A stretch of DNA of 63,930 bases, filler included. It is 4 parts of 4 records of this genome, joined end to end, with 100 filler letters (N's around TTAATTAATTAA, not from the genome) between each part and the next. Parts side by side here need not be neighbours in the genome. Positions count along the whole stretch, not along the records: positions 1 to 28,698 come from DRR723986_9008; 3 more parts are not named here. One strand, given 5' to 3'. Shown here piece after piece: positions 1 through 9,815 of the stretch. The notes beneath the pieces are model-generated. The model was not told the DNA's origin and did no database searches. It worked only from the letters and a program-made list of their open reading frames with translations. Position 1 is the stretch's first letter. Every line of letters begins with the position of its first letter. The position numbers and the translations under genes were made by a program.

Positions 1-1
1 G

Positions 2-571
2 CTCTATGCCGTGCCATGGCCGCCACAGGGTCTGTATTTCAACAAGGAAGTGAACAGCGCAGCGGATATGCAAGGCATCAAGTTCCGGTCCTACAACAAC
101 GCCACTGCCCGACTGGCAGAGCTGACCGGCATGTTGCCCGTCACCATTGAGGCAGCAGAAATTTCCCAGGCGTTTGCGACAGGTGTGGCGGAATCGATGA
201 TTTCCTCCGGCGCGACCGGCTATGACCGCAAAGTCTGGGAAAGCCTGAGCCATTTTTATGAAGTCGATGCATGGCTGCCGTACAACTACGTGATGGTGAA
301 CAAAGGGGTCTGGGCCGATGTGTCTGACGCCAACAAAACCGCAATCACAACCTGCGCCGGCGAAGCGCAGGCGCGTGGCTTGCAGGCTTCCAAAGACTAC
401 ACCCAGTTCACCATGGACGGTCTGGCCGCTGGTGGCATGACCGTTGGTCCAGCCGGCGATCAGTTGATGGGTGATCTGCGTGCCGTGGGTGAAACCATGA
501 CCGCCGAGTGGCTCGAAGCAGCGGGTGATGATGGCGCGGCCATCGTCGATGCCTTCAAGTCCATGCAATAA
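2..571 (+). CDS. dctP: TRAP transporter substrate-binding protein DctP, 5'-truncated; probably pyroglutamate-binding subfamily
   Basis: Contains VPWPPQG..., GIKFRSYN and AEISQAFATG motifs; followed by dctQ/dctM and pxp genes. Confidence 0.88.
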   Translation, partial: LYAVPWPPQGLYFNKEVNSAADMQGIKFRSYNNATARLAELTGMLPVTIEAAEISQAFATGVAESMISSGATGYDRKVWESLSHFYEVDAWLPYNYVMVNKGVWADVSDANKTAITTCAGEAQARGLQASKDYTQFTMDGLAAGGMTVGPAGDQLMGDLRAVGETMTAEWLEAAGDDGAAIVDAFKSMQ

Positions 572-589
572 GCCTGCGTGTGAAATCAC

Positions 590-615
590 AAGAGGGCCGG
601 TGCGCTGGCCCTCTT
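590..615 (+). terminator. Stem-loop after dctP (stabiliser or partial terminator)
   Basis: AAGAGGGCCGG-TGCG-CTGGCCCTCTT hairpin. Confidence 0.55.
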
Positions 616-676
616 TGCGCAGCCCTTGCAGCGCTTTGGCACGGCCACACAGCCTTCTTTTGACAGGGGTCAGATC

Positions 677-1201
677 ATGACATTCCTCCGACGGTTCCTC
701 GATTTTCTGTATCTTGCATCCGGCGTCCTTGCCGCGCTTTGCCTGATCGCGATCCTTAGCCTGATTGTGGCGCAAATGCTGGCCCGCTGGATCGGTGAGA
801 TCTTTCCCGGTGCGCCCAGCTATGCGGGCTACGCCATGGCCGCAGCGAGCTTTTTCGCCTTTGCAAACGCATTGAACCGGGGCGCGCATATTCGGGTTTC
901 GGTCCTGTTAAACGCGGTGCCGCCGGGCCCGAAAAAGCTGTTGGAGATCTGGTGCTTTGCGCTGGCGGCCGGGATCGCATGGTATTTCACTTACTACGCC
1001 TATTGGTTCGTCTACTGGTCGTGGAAATTCAAAGAGGTTTCTCAGGGCCAGGACGCAACACATTTGTGGATACCGCAATCGGTGATGGTTCTGGGGGGCG
1101 GCCTGTTGGCGATCGCGCTGACCGACAACTTGATAAATGTGCTGTTCAAAGGTGAGCACCGCATCAGCCGCGACATCGTCGATCAGGCGCACGGGGAATA
1201 A
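677..1201 (+). CDS. dctQ: TRAP small permease DctQ
   Basis: Four hydrophobic segments and GAHIRVSVL motif; ATG at 677 chosen. Confidence 0.88.
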   Translation: MTFLRRFLDFLYLASGVLAALCLIAILSLIVAQMLARWIGEIFPGAPSYAGYAMAAASFFAFANALNRGAHIRVSVLLNAVPPGPKKLLEIWCFALAAGIAWYFTYYAYWFVYWSWKFKEVSQGQDATHLWIPQSVMVLGGGLLAIALTDNLINVLFKGEHRISRDIVDQAHGE

Positions 1202-1205
1202 GACC

Positions 1206-2516
1206 ATGACAGAGATTTACGCCATTACGCTTTTCCTTTTTGTGCTATTTTTCCTTCTGGGCACAGGTGTCTGGGTCGGGCTGGCCCTGATGGGGGTCGC
1301 TTGGGTCGGTATGGAGCTGTTTACCACCCGGCCCGTGGGCGACACGATGATCACAACCATTTGGGCCTCGTCCAGTTCATGGACATTGACCGCCTTGCCC
1401 TTGTTTATCTGGATGGGGGAAATCCTGTATCGGACCCGATTAAGCGAGGATATGTTCAAGGGCCTGTCGCCATGGCTGGCGCGGTTGCCGGGCGGGTTGG
1501 TGCATACCAACATCGTGTCGTGCACTGTGTTTGCGGCGGTGTCCGGTTCATCCGCTGCGACCCTGACCACGGTTGGCAAAATGTCGATACCGGAACTGCG
1601 GGCGCGGAATTACCCTGAAAAGATGATCATCGGCACATTGGCGGGGGCGGCCACTCTGGGTCTGATGATCCCACCTTCGCTTGCCTTGATTGTCTACGGT
1701 GTCACCGTGAACGAAAGCATCACCAAACTGTTCTTTGCAGGCGTTTTTCCGGGCTTGGTCTTGGCGGGCATGTTTATGGCCTATGTTGCCTTTGTCAGCT
1801 TCACCTCCAAAGAGTGGAACCCGGAGGTTGAAACCGGAATGAGCTTTGCCGAAAAGGTCCGCAATTCGCGGTTCCTGTTGCCGGTGTTTGCCCTGATCAC
1901 AGTGGTCATCGGGTCAATGTACCTGGGTCTGGCCACAGCCACCGAGGCGGCGGCCATCGGGGTCATCGGGGCGCTGGTACTGGCGATGTTTCAAGGATCG
2001 CTGAGCTGGGCCAGTTTCCGCGAAAGCCTGATGGGGGCCACGCGGACTTCTGCGATGATCGCGCTGATCCTTGCGGGTGCGGCGTTCCTGAAACTGTCGA
2101 TGGGCTTTACCGGATTGCCACGGGCGCTGGCGGATGGGATCGCGGCGATGGAATTGACCCGCTTTCAACTGCTGATGGCGCTCTTGGTGTTTTACATTGT
2201 TCTGGGCATGTTCCTTGACGGTATCTCGTCGGTTGTCCTGACCATGGCTGTGGTTGAACCGATGGTGCGCGGCGCGGGCATTGACCTGATATGGTTCGGC
2301 ATCTTTGTGGTTGTGGTGGTCGAGATGGCACAAATCACACCGCCCATCGGATTTAACCTTTTTGTGCTGCAAGGCATGACCGATCACGAGATGGGCTATA
2401 TCACCCGCGCGGCGCTGCCGATGTTTTTTATCATGGTGTTGATGGTCTTTGTCTTGATCTGGTTCCCCGAGATTGCGACATGGCTGCCAGAGAACCTGCG
2501 CAGCGGGCCGTCCTGA
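1206..2516 (+). CDS. dctM: TRAP large permease DctM
   Basis: Motifs LTALPLFIWMGE, AAVSGSSAAT, LGLMIPPS and ITPPIGFNLFV. Confidence 0.93.
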   Translation: MTEIYAITLFLFVLFFLLGTGVWVGLALMGVAWVGMELFTTRPVGDTMITTIWASSSSWTLTALPLFIWMGEILYRTRLSEDMFKGLSPWLARLPGGLVHTNIVSCTVFAAVSGSSAATLTTVGKMSIPELRARNYPEKMIIGTLAGAATLGLMIPPSLALIVYGVTVNESITKLFFAGVFPGLVLAGMFMAYVAFVSFTSKEWNPEVETGMSFAEKVRNSRFLLPVFALITVVIGSMYLGLATATEAAAIGVIGALVLAMFQGSLSWASFRESLMGATRTSAMIALILAGAAFLKLSMGFTGLPRALADGIAAMELTRFQLLMALLVFYIVLGMFLDGISSVVLTMAVVEPMVRGAGIDLIWFGIFVVVVVEMAQITPPIGFNLFVLQGMTDHEMGYITRAALPMFFIMVLMVFVLIWFPEIATWLPENLRSGPS

Positions 2517-2527
2517 GACTGTGACCT

Positions 2528-3466
2528 ATGATCCAACGCATTCTATTTGCCGCATCGACCCATGCGCGGCTGTGCCTGATCCTCGGGCTTGCGGGCGGGC
2601 TTTTGTTGCCTGCCGTGGCCGGGGCGCTGGTGCCGTGGTTGCCGCATATGGTGGCTGGGCTGCTGATGATCACGGCGTTGCGCATTGGCTGGCGCGCGGC
2701 AATGGGCGCGGTGGGCGATCTGCGCTGGGGGCTCAGCGCGGTATTGCTGCTGCAAATGGGCGTGCCGTTGGCGGGTTTGGGCATTATGACCTTGGCCGGT
2801 TTTGGGGGCAGCCCCGCAACCCTCGCCATCGTGCTGGCCAGCGCTGCCCCCGCCATTGCCGGTTCGGTCAATCTGGCGCTGATCCTCGGGCTGGATGGCG
2901 GGCGCATGATGCAGATCTTTGTGCTGGGTACGGCGGCGTTTCCCCTGACTGTTTTACCGGTTCTGGCGGCGTTGCCGCAGCTTGGTCCGGTGACGGATGT
3001 GGTGTTCGCAGCGCTGCGCCTTCTGGTGATTATCGCGGTGTCGGCCGGGGCCGGATTTGTGGTGCGGCGGCTGTTCTTTCCGCGCCCTTCGCCGGATCAG
3101 ATCAAGGCGCTGGACGGGCTGTCCGTGATCGCCTTTTCCTCTATCGTTGTGGGGCTGATGGCCGCGCTGAACCCCGCCTTGCGCGGCGATCCGGTTGCGG
3201 TTTTGTGGTGGGCCTTGCTGGCTTTCGCAATCAGCTATCTGTTGCAACTGGCCACACTACTGGCCCTGCGCCACGGCAAACTCAAAGCCGTCGCCGGACC
3301 CATCGCGATCGGCGCTGGCAACCGCAATATCGCGATCTTTCTGGTGGCCCTTCCGCCCGAGGTTCTGGCCCCGCTGATGGTGTTTATCGGCTGTTGGCAA
3401 TTGCCGATGTATCTGACGCCGGTGCTTTTGCCGCGCCTTTACAAATGGGCGCTTGGGGATGAGTGA
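2528..3466 (+). CDS. Polytopic membrane transporter, bile acid:Na+ symporter (BASS)-like
   Basis: About 10 hydrophobic segments, LASAAP and GNRNIAIF motifs; overlaps the pxpB start. Confidence 0.6.
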   Translation: MIQRILFAASTHARLCLILGLAGGLLLPAVAGALVPWLPHMVAGLLMITALRIGWRAAMGAVGDLRWGLSAVLLLQMGVPLAGLGIMTLAGFGGSPATLAIVLASAAPAIAGSVNLALILGLDGGRMMQIFVLGTAAFPLTVLPVLAALPQLGPVTDVVFAALRLLVIIAVSAGAGFVVRRLFFPRPSPDQIKALDGLSVIAFSSIVVGLMAALNPALRGDPVAVLWWALLAFAISYLLQLATLLALRHGKLKAVAGPIAIGAGNRNIAIFLVALPPEVLAPLMVFIGCWQLPMYLTPVLLPRLYKWALGDE

Positions 3467-4196
3467 CTGGCCTCAAATACGCACCGTCGGATTGTCCGGA
3501 ATATTGGTCAGCTTTGCCGACAGGATGTCGGAGCCTGCCAATCGCGCCGCGCTGGCCTTTCGCGCGGCTGTGGATGCGGCAGACTGGCCCGAGGTGGCAG
3601 AGACCAGCACCTCTTTGATCTCGGTCTTCTTGCAGGTCGATTTGGCGCAGGGCGCACCCGAGGGGGTGATTGAAAAGTTGCGAGATCTACTTGCCCAGGC
3701 AAATTGGCTGGATGCGCCCCTGCCGGCAGGGCGCACCCTGTGGCATGTGCCGACCGTCTATGGCACAGATCTGGCCCCGCAACTGGAAGAGGCCGCGGAG
3801 GCAGCTGGCGTTGATCCCGACACGGCGATCCGCGAATTGTCCTCATCGCGGGTGCGGGTTCTGACCATCGGCTTTGCACCCGGCCAACCCTACATGGGCG
3901 AGTTGAGCGAGACTTGGAACATTCCCCGCCAGCAGGCCCTGACCAAAGCGGTGCCTGCCGGGGCGTTGGTGGTTGCGATCCGCCAATTGATCATTTTCAC
4001 CAATGCCTCACCCACGGGCTGGCGGCACATCGGCCAGACTGCATTTCGCACCTTTCGCCCTGATGCGTCGCAGCCCTTTGCGCTGTCGCCGGGGGATGAA
4101 CTGGTGTTCCCATCCGTGACGCAAGCCGAGCTGGCGCAGATCCGTGCCAAGGACACCAGCGGCAATGGCGGCGCCAGTGCGGAGGCGCTGACATGA
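3459..4196 (+). CDS. pxpB: 5-oxoprolinase subunit B (KipI/allophanate hydrolase 1-like)
   Basis: Motifs IGFAPGQPY and SPTGWRHIGQT; in operon with pxpC and pxpA. Confidence 0.88.
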   Translation: MSDWPQIRTVGLSGILVSFADRMSEPANRAALAFRAAVDAADWPEVAETSTSLISVFLQVDLAQGAPEGVIEKLRDLLAQANWLDAPLPAGRTLWHVPTVYGTDLAPQLEEAAEAAGVDPDTAIRELSSSRVRVLTIGFAPGQPYMGELSETWNIPRQQALTKAVPAGALVVAIRQLIIFTNASPTGWRHIGQTAFRTFRPDASQPFALSPGDELVFPSVTQAELAQIRAKDTSGNGGASAEALT

Positions 4197-5221
4197 GCGG
4201 TCATCTGGACATTGTCCAAGCCGGTCCGGGGTTGAGCCTGCAAGATCTGGGCCGACCGGGCTTTCGCGCGCAGGGGCTGACCATTGGCGGTGCGGCAGAT
4301 CCGGTCGCGCTTTATGAAGGGGCGGCCATTCTGGGCCAGTCTGCCAATTTGGCGGCGTTGGAAATGGCCGGAAGTGGCGGCGCATTCCGGGTCAGTGTGG
4401 ACATGCGTATTGCTCTGACCGGCGCGGAAATGGCGGCCAACATCGACGGTGATCCGCTGATCTGGAACGCCTCGCATCTGTTGCCTGCCGGTGCGACGCT
4501 GACCATCGGCGGTGCGCGAAACGGCAGCTATGGATACCTGAATGTGGGCGGAGGATTTGATACATCGCCGCAGATGGGATCACGGTCCAGCCATCTGAGC
4601 GCGGGCTTGGGCCGGGCGCTTCAAGCCGGAGACAGCTTGCCACTGGGCCAAGACGGGGCAGGCCAGACGGGGATGTCCCTGACACCGATCAACCGGTTCG
4701 GAGGCGGCGCGGTGCGGGTGGTCGCCTCCATGCAAACGGCGTCTTTTTCGCCAGATACGCGGGACAGGTTTACCCAAACCGAATTTGTGCGGGATGCCCG
4801 CGCCAACCGCATGGGTGTGCGGATGGACCAAACGGGCGAGGGGTTCACCACTGAAGGACAGCTCACCATCGTGTCCGAAGTCATTGTGCCCGGTGACATC
4901 CAAATCACCGGTGATGGCGCGCCCTTCGTGCTGATGTATGAATGCCAGACGACGGGGGGCTATCCGCGCATCGGCACTGTGATCCCTTGTGATTTGCCGC
5001 GGGTGGCGCAGGCCCAGACGGGGGCCGCGATCCGGTTTGAATTTGTCGAAATGGCCGAAGCCATCGCATTGCAAACCCGTTTTCTGGCGGAACTGAAAGC
5101 CCTGCCATCCAAGGTGACGCCACTGGTGCGTGATCCGGCCAATATCCGTGACCTGCTGGGCTATCAATTGATCAGCGGTGCGGTTTCTGCCCAAGCGAAC
5201 CCTTTTGAAGAGGAGAACTAA
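4193..5221 (+). CDS. pxpC: 5-oxoprolinase subunit C (KipA-like)
   Basis: Motifs LQDLGRPG, NRMGVR and QTTGGYPRIG. Confidence 0.9.
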   Translation: MSGHLDIVQAGPGLSLQDLGRPGFRAQGLTIGGAADPVALYEGAAILGQSANLAALEMAGSGGAFRVSVDMRIALTGAEMAANIDGDPLIWNASHLLPAGATLTIGGARNGSYGYLNVGGGFDTSPQMGSRSSHLSAGLGRALQAGDSLPLGQDGAGQTGMSLTPINRFGGGAVRVVASMQTASFSPDTRDRFTQTEFVRDARANRMGVRMDQTGEGFTTEGQLTIVSEVIVPGDIQITGDGAPFVLMYECQTTGGYPRIGTVIPCDLPRVAQAQTGAAIRFEFVEMAEAIALQTRFLAELKALPSKVTPLVRDPANIRDLLGYQLISGAVSAQANPFEEEN

Positions 5222-5222
5222 G

Positions 5223-5996
5223 ATGCCACATGTCGATCTGAACGCGGATATGGGGGAGAGCTTTGGCGCATGGACGTTGGGCGATGATGCTGCGCTGCTA
5301 AAAATTGTCACCTCGGCCAATATTGCCTGTGGCGGTCATGCCGGAGATGCGGATGTTATGGCGGCGACCATGACGATGGCGCATAGCAATGGTGTGGGCA
5401 TTGGCGCGCATCCGGGTTTCATGGACATCGCCGGCTTTGGTCGCAACCGGATGTCCGTTCCTCGCGGAACCTTGCAAAATCAAGTGCGCTATCAGGTGGC
5501 CGCAAGCCTTGGCATGGCCCGCAGCGTCGGGGCAGAGGTGCGGCATCTCAAGTTGCACGGGGCGATGGCCAATATGTGTGCCGAAGATGAAGATATGGCG
5601 CGGGATCTTTACGAGGCAGCGCTGAGCGTTGCGCCGGATTTGATTGTCATGGTTCTGGCCGCCACCGCGCAGCAGGCGGCGGTGGAAAAGCTGGGCTGTC
5701 TTTGGGCCGGAGAGATTTTTGCCGACCGCGCCTATAACGATGATGCCACGCTGGTGGATCGGTCTTTGCCCGGTGCCGTGATCCACGATGCGGATCATGC
5801 TGGCGCTCGTATGGTGGAGATGGTGCAGGCCGGTGCGATCATCACCCAAAGCGGGAAACACATCCCGACCCGGATTGATACGATCTGTTTGCATGGTGAT
5901 ACGGCAGAAGCGGTTGCAATCGCAGCCTCCGTGCGGCGGCAACTGGAAGCGGCGGATGTATCATTGCGCAGGTTCGACGGTTATCGGGCAGGGTAA
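5223..5996 (+). CDS. pxpA: 5-oxoprolinase subunit A (LamB/YcsF family)
   Basis: Motifs DLNADMGESFG, SANIACGGHAGD, FADRAY and TICLHGD; RBS GAGGAG before ATG 5223. Confidence 0.93.
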   Translation: MPHVDLNADMGESFGAWTLGDDAALLKIVTSANIACGGHAGDADVMAATMTMAHSNGVGIGAHPGFMDIAGFGRNRMSVPRGTLQNQVRYQVAASLGMARSVGAEVRHLKLHGAMANMCAEDEDMARDLYEAALSVAPDLIVMVLAATAQQAAVEKLGCLWAGEIFADRAYNDDATLVDRSLPGAVIHDADHAGARMVEMVQAGAIITQSGKHIPTRIDTICLHGDTAEAVAIAASVRRQLEAADVSLRRFDGYRAG

Positions 5997-6000
5997 AAGG

Positions 6001-6843
6001 GTGGATGGGCAGACCCAGGCACAACTGAGCAAACTTGCCCCGATCTTTGACGCTCTGGGTGAACGGGCTGTTGATCTGACCGTTTTGGGCAGCGGGGCGC
6101 AGGCCTCGGTCTGGCGCATTCGAACAGAGCGGGCTGACTACGCCTTGCGGGTGCTTAAACCCGGCGCACCGGGCCTTGGTCCAGCGGTCGATGCCAGATT
6201 GCGCAAGGCGCTGGTTGAAAATGGTGCTGCGGTTGTCCGTCCGGTATTGACCTCTGATGATGTGGCAACGCCCGAAGTATCTGCGCAATGGGTGTTGGAC
6301 GATTTTGTGGACGGGCGGCCCTTGTCCGGGCCGCTGACGATGCATCAAGCCGATGATTTGGGCCGTTCCCTATGGGTATTGCACAGTTTCGATCCTGATA
6401 GTTGGGCAGATATTCCTGCCAGCTTGCCAGTGGCTTTGTCTGTTTTTGGTGAGGGAGCCGGTGATCCCCGAATGGGCCGAGATATGGATCACTACCAAGT
6501 TTTGTTGGGCCGGACACTGACTGAGGAAAAGGCCTGTTTGGCGGTCTGTCATGGCGATTTACATGCGGATCAAGTGCTCCGAAAACGTGATGGCGGGATC
6601 GCGATACTGGATTTTGGTTTGGTGCGGCGCTGTGATTATCGTTGGGATCTGGCAGCGATTTTTCTGGCCTATGGACGGGACTGCCTTGGTGGAGTTTTAG
6701 CGGGCTACCAGAATAATACAAACGTTGATGACGTCCTGCCATTTGCGCAGACGATGGCCATTGCAGCACTGATGCGTGGCCGGGCCAAAGCAGCAGCGGC
6801 GCAGGCATTTCTGAACCAGCACCCCGTTCAGTTGGATACGTAA
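6001..6843 (+). CDS. Aminoglycoside phosphotransferase/choline kinase-like protein
   Basis: Kinase motifs LGSGAQASVW, CHGDLHADQV and ILDFG; GTG start 4 nt after pxpA. Confidence 0.7.
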   Translation: MDGQTQAQLSKLAPIFDALGERAVDLTVLGSGAQASVWRIRTERADYALRVLKPGAPGLGPAVDARLRKALVENGAAVVRPVLTSDDVATPEVSAQWVLDDFVDGRPLSGPLTMHQADDLGRSLWVLHSFDPDSWADIPASLPVALSVFGEGAGDPRMGRDMDHYQVLLGRTLTEEKACLAVCHGDLHADQVLRKRDGGIAILDFGLVRRCDYRWDLAAIFLAYGRDCLGGVLAGYQNNTNVDDVLPFAQTMAIAALMRGRAKAAAAQAFLNQHPVQLDT

Positions 6844-9815
6844 CCTGCGACCACCTGCAACAGCTTGTACGCGGTGCCAGCGTCACTGCCGACCACATCA
6901 AGGAATTCTTCGCCGCCAATGCGCAGACAGGTTAATTCGGTCTTGGCCCGCATGTCCAAGGCACGGGGCACATTGCGGATCAGGCCCAGTTCTCCAACCA
7001 ATGCGCCGGGGCCGGAGGTCGTGATCAGCAGATCATCCTCACCGTCGCGGGGCAGCAGCAAATCCGCCTCGCCGTCGATCACCAGATAGGCACCTGATGT
7101 TGGATCGTCGTCCTTGTGAAACACATACTCGCCCGGCTTGGCCTTGTACCACCGCGCCCCAAACGCCAACAGGCGCAATTGCTTGCGGGCCAGACCAGAG
7201 AACAGATCGGTTCCTTCTATCGCCCGCAGTTTACGCGCCAGATCGGCGCTGACGGTGCTGTCTTCATCCTGCGGGGCGGCGCTGGCGATGGATGAAATCC
7301 GGCCTGCCTGCATTTCGTAAACGGCTGTGAAATCGTCCGTATTCTCAAAGCTGGGCGCAAGACAGATGAGGGTTGTGCGTGGCAAGAGCGCCCGCAGCTT
7401 CTGTGGCAGGATGTTACGCGTCTCGTCGTCAAAACTGGCCAGTACCCCATCAAGGATCAGGATGTGTGGCCGCTTGATCGTGGCGCGGCTGATTGCAAGG
7501 GATTCCGTGAGCAAGGCAGGCAGGTTGCCACCGCCCAAGGTCAGCGGCATTTCAAAAATGAGGTCCAGTACAAGACCGTCCAGACCCGCCTTTCGCAGGA
7601 TGTCGCCGATCAGATCACGCAACTCATCCGCCTTGGACCCGGCGCTGGCCACGATCCGGCCATAGAGCGCGTTTTCCAGCACAGTAAGGCCTGCGACCGG
7701 CGCATCGGCATCAATCGGGCTAAGCAGATCGGCCATGCTGGCTTGCAATTGCGCGCCATGCTCCTTGCGGATTTGCAGCACGCGGGTGGTGATCTCTTCG
7801 GGGAAAGCGGTGCCGAGTTTGTCGGCGGAAATGACAAAGGTCACTGCCAAAAGCCGCGCCTTTTCTTCGCGTTCAAGTTGACCGCCGTCTTGATGTTTGG
7901 TCAGCAATGCGACCGCATTTTCGTAGGTTTCAGGATCAAGGCCAAGCTTGCGGAACATCGGGTGATCGGTGCCATCCAATCCAAAGATCTGGCGCAGAAG
8001 ATCAACGATATCGGCGGCGAGTTGCAGCAGATCCGCTTCCAGATGCAGCTCTTCGAGCAGGTTCAGGAACTGCGCCTGTTCGAGCAGGTTTTCCGCAGTG
8101 ACATGATTGCGCGATGTGGCAAATAGCATGTTTTCGGCAACCGGCAGGCTGGGATTGAACAGATCCTCGCGAAAGAAATAAACAGCATCGCGCAGGCCGG
8201 CATTTTGAACCGCTGTGTCAACCTCAGGCCGGAGCGCGACCAATGCGCGGGCCAGTTTGATATGGTCCGTCGCATTGATCCGCTGTTCGACCCCGCGTTT
8301 GAACAGGGCCTGATCAATGCCCATCCCGGTGATCAGCTCTAGCCACCAGGACCGCAGATCTTCGGGCGAAACTGTCTCTTCGATGTCGTGCCAATCGGCC
8401 TCCAACGGATCTGTGCTGTTGCCCGCCCGTGCGCTTTCTGCTGCTGTTTCATCGTGTTCAGCGCCCGGTTGCAGTTTCAGGGGCAGCATGACGTTATCGC
8501 CAAAGCTGCCGAGGAACATCACCGGGCGCGATGTGGCGTGGCCGATGCGTTTGGCGATTGTTGCCTGATGCAGGGCGGAGAGTTCCAGATCGCCAACGGT
8601 GATCTTGCCCGATGACGGGATAACCTCGCGGACCAGCACCTCTGCCAAGGCGCGGCGGTCTTCGTCGCTGGGGGCTGTGATGGCGATGGAAGTGCCGCCT
8701 TCAAAGGTGACGTTAAGATCTTCGAGCACCGGATTTCCATCGGCATCCTGCACGTTGACGCCGTGCAATTTGACGGTGCCTGCAAGATCCTCAAGCTGTT
8801 CTGGATAGCCATCAAACAGATCTTCGCGGATCATGCCCTGAGGGGCAAAACGTTCGGTGATGGTTTCCCATCGCAGGGCCATATCCTGTGACTGGTTGTA
8901 ATAGGCCAGCAGTTCTTTCCACGGGCTCGACAGATCTTTGTAGGCTGCCAAGGCTGCAACAAGGGCGCCCACCGTGATCTCACCCTTGATCGCGAGGTAT
9001 CCGCCAAGAGCATAGAAAAAGAACGGCGTCAGCTGCGAGATGAAGTTGTTGACGAACTTCATAAAGAACTTCTTTTGAAAGATCTCAAACCGGATCGCGA
9101 AAAGCCGCCCGAGCCGCGATGAGATCATCGCAAGGCGATAGCGCCAGCCGCCGTTCACGCGCAGGGTGCTTGCCCCCGCAGAGCTTTCGCCGATTTCCGA
9201 GGCCAGCGCCCGCAACTGGATCACCCGTTTCTTGTTTAGCTTGTTCACTTGGCGCTGTAATTTGGGGATCAGCCACGCCTGAAGTGGGATGAATGCACAG
9301 GCGGCCAGACCAAAAGTGAAACTTTGTAGAAACAAGAAGCCCAGGATGGTCGCCATCTGGCCTGCTTGCAGTACGGGCTGTGCAACCGCATCCCCCATCA
9401 GACCGCCCATTGGTTCGGATTCAGATGTGACCATCGAAACCAGTTCACCCTGGCTGGTGCGCTCAAAATAAGGGGCGGGGAACCGCAGGATACGGGCAAT
9501 CAAGGTATAGCGCAGCCGCCGCAGAAGGCGTTCGGCCAGCACCCCTTTCATCGTGTTGATCCGCATTTTCATGATGCCATGACCAAAGACGGACAACAAA
9601 AACAGCCCGCACAGGAACATCAGGAACGGCACCTGCTGCATCTCGTAGCCATAGACAGTGACCGGGCCGCCAGCGCCAATGGCATCATTGATGATCCGCT
9701 TTGGCAGTTCCAGCGTCAGGTAAAGCAATGGAAACAAGGTCAGCGTCACGGCCAGCAGAATCAGCTGGTCGCGTTTGGAGTATTTCCAGATGAAACTGAA
9801 CAGCGTGCGTTCGAT
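6828..9815 (-). CDS. ABC exporter-type membrane domain + degenerate, interrupted NBD + C-terminal cyclic-nucleotide-binding domain
   Basis: N-terminal ABC membrane domain (LLRRLRYTL..., ITVGALVAAL); NBD remnants; CNB motif GEYVFHKDD...GALVGELGLI...PRALDMRA. The track start is GTG 9749, but the frame is open further upstream and a start near ATC 9815 is suggested. Confidence 0.85.
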   Translation of the reverse strand: MERTLFSFIWKYSKRDQLILLAVTLTLFPLLYLTLELPKRIINDAIGAGGPVTVYGYEMQQVPFLMFLCGLFLLSVFGHGIMKMRINTMKGVLAERLLRRLRYTLIARILRFPAPYFERTSQGELVSMVTSESEPMGGLMGDAVAQPVLQAGQMATILGFLFLQSFTFGLAACAFIPLQAWLIPKLQRQVNKLNKKRVIQLRALASEIGESSAGASTLRVNGGWRYRLAMISSRLGRLFAIRFEIFQKKFFMKFVNNFISQLTPFFFYALGGYLAIKGEITVGALVAALAAYKDLSSPWKELLAYYNQSQDMALRWETITERFAPQGMIREDLFDGYPEQLEDLAGTVKLHGVNVQDADGNPVLEDLNVTFEGGTSIAITAPSDEDRRALAEVLVREVIPSSGKITVGDLELSALHQATIAKRIGHATSRPVMFLGSFGDNVMLPLKLQPGAEHDETAAESARAGNSTDPLEADWHDIEETVSPEDLRSWWLELITGMGIDQALFKRGVEQRINATDHIKLARALVALRPEVDTAVQNAGLRDAVYFFREDLFNPSLPVAENMLFATSRNHVTAENLLEQAQFLNLLEELHLEADLLQLAADIVDLLRQIFGLDGTDHPMFRKLGLDPETYENAVALLTKHQDGGQLEREEKARLLAVTFVISADKLGTAFPEEITTRVLQIRKEHGAQLQASMADLLSPIDADAPVAGLTVLENALYGRIVASAGSKADELRDLIGDILRKAGLDGLVLDLIFEMPLTLGGGNLPALLTESLAISRATIKRPHILILDGVLASFDDETRNILPQKLRALLPRTTLICLAPSFENTDDFTAVYEMQAGRISSIASAAPQDEDSTVSADLARKLRAIEGTDLFSGLARKQLRLLAFGARWYKAKPGEYVFHKDDDPTSGAYLVIDGEADLLLPRDGEDDLLITTSGPGALVGELGLIRNVPRALDMRAKTELTCLRIGGEEFLDVVGSDAGTAYKLLQVVAGYVSN

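Noticed and set aside
578-589. TGTGA-AA-TCACA resembling a CRP box
   Set aside because: The spacer is 2 nt rather than 6, and it lies just after a stop codon within an operon.
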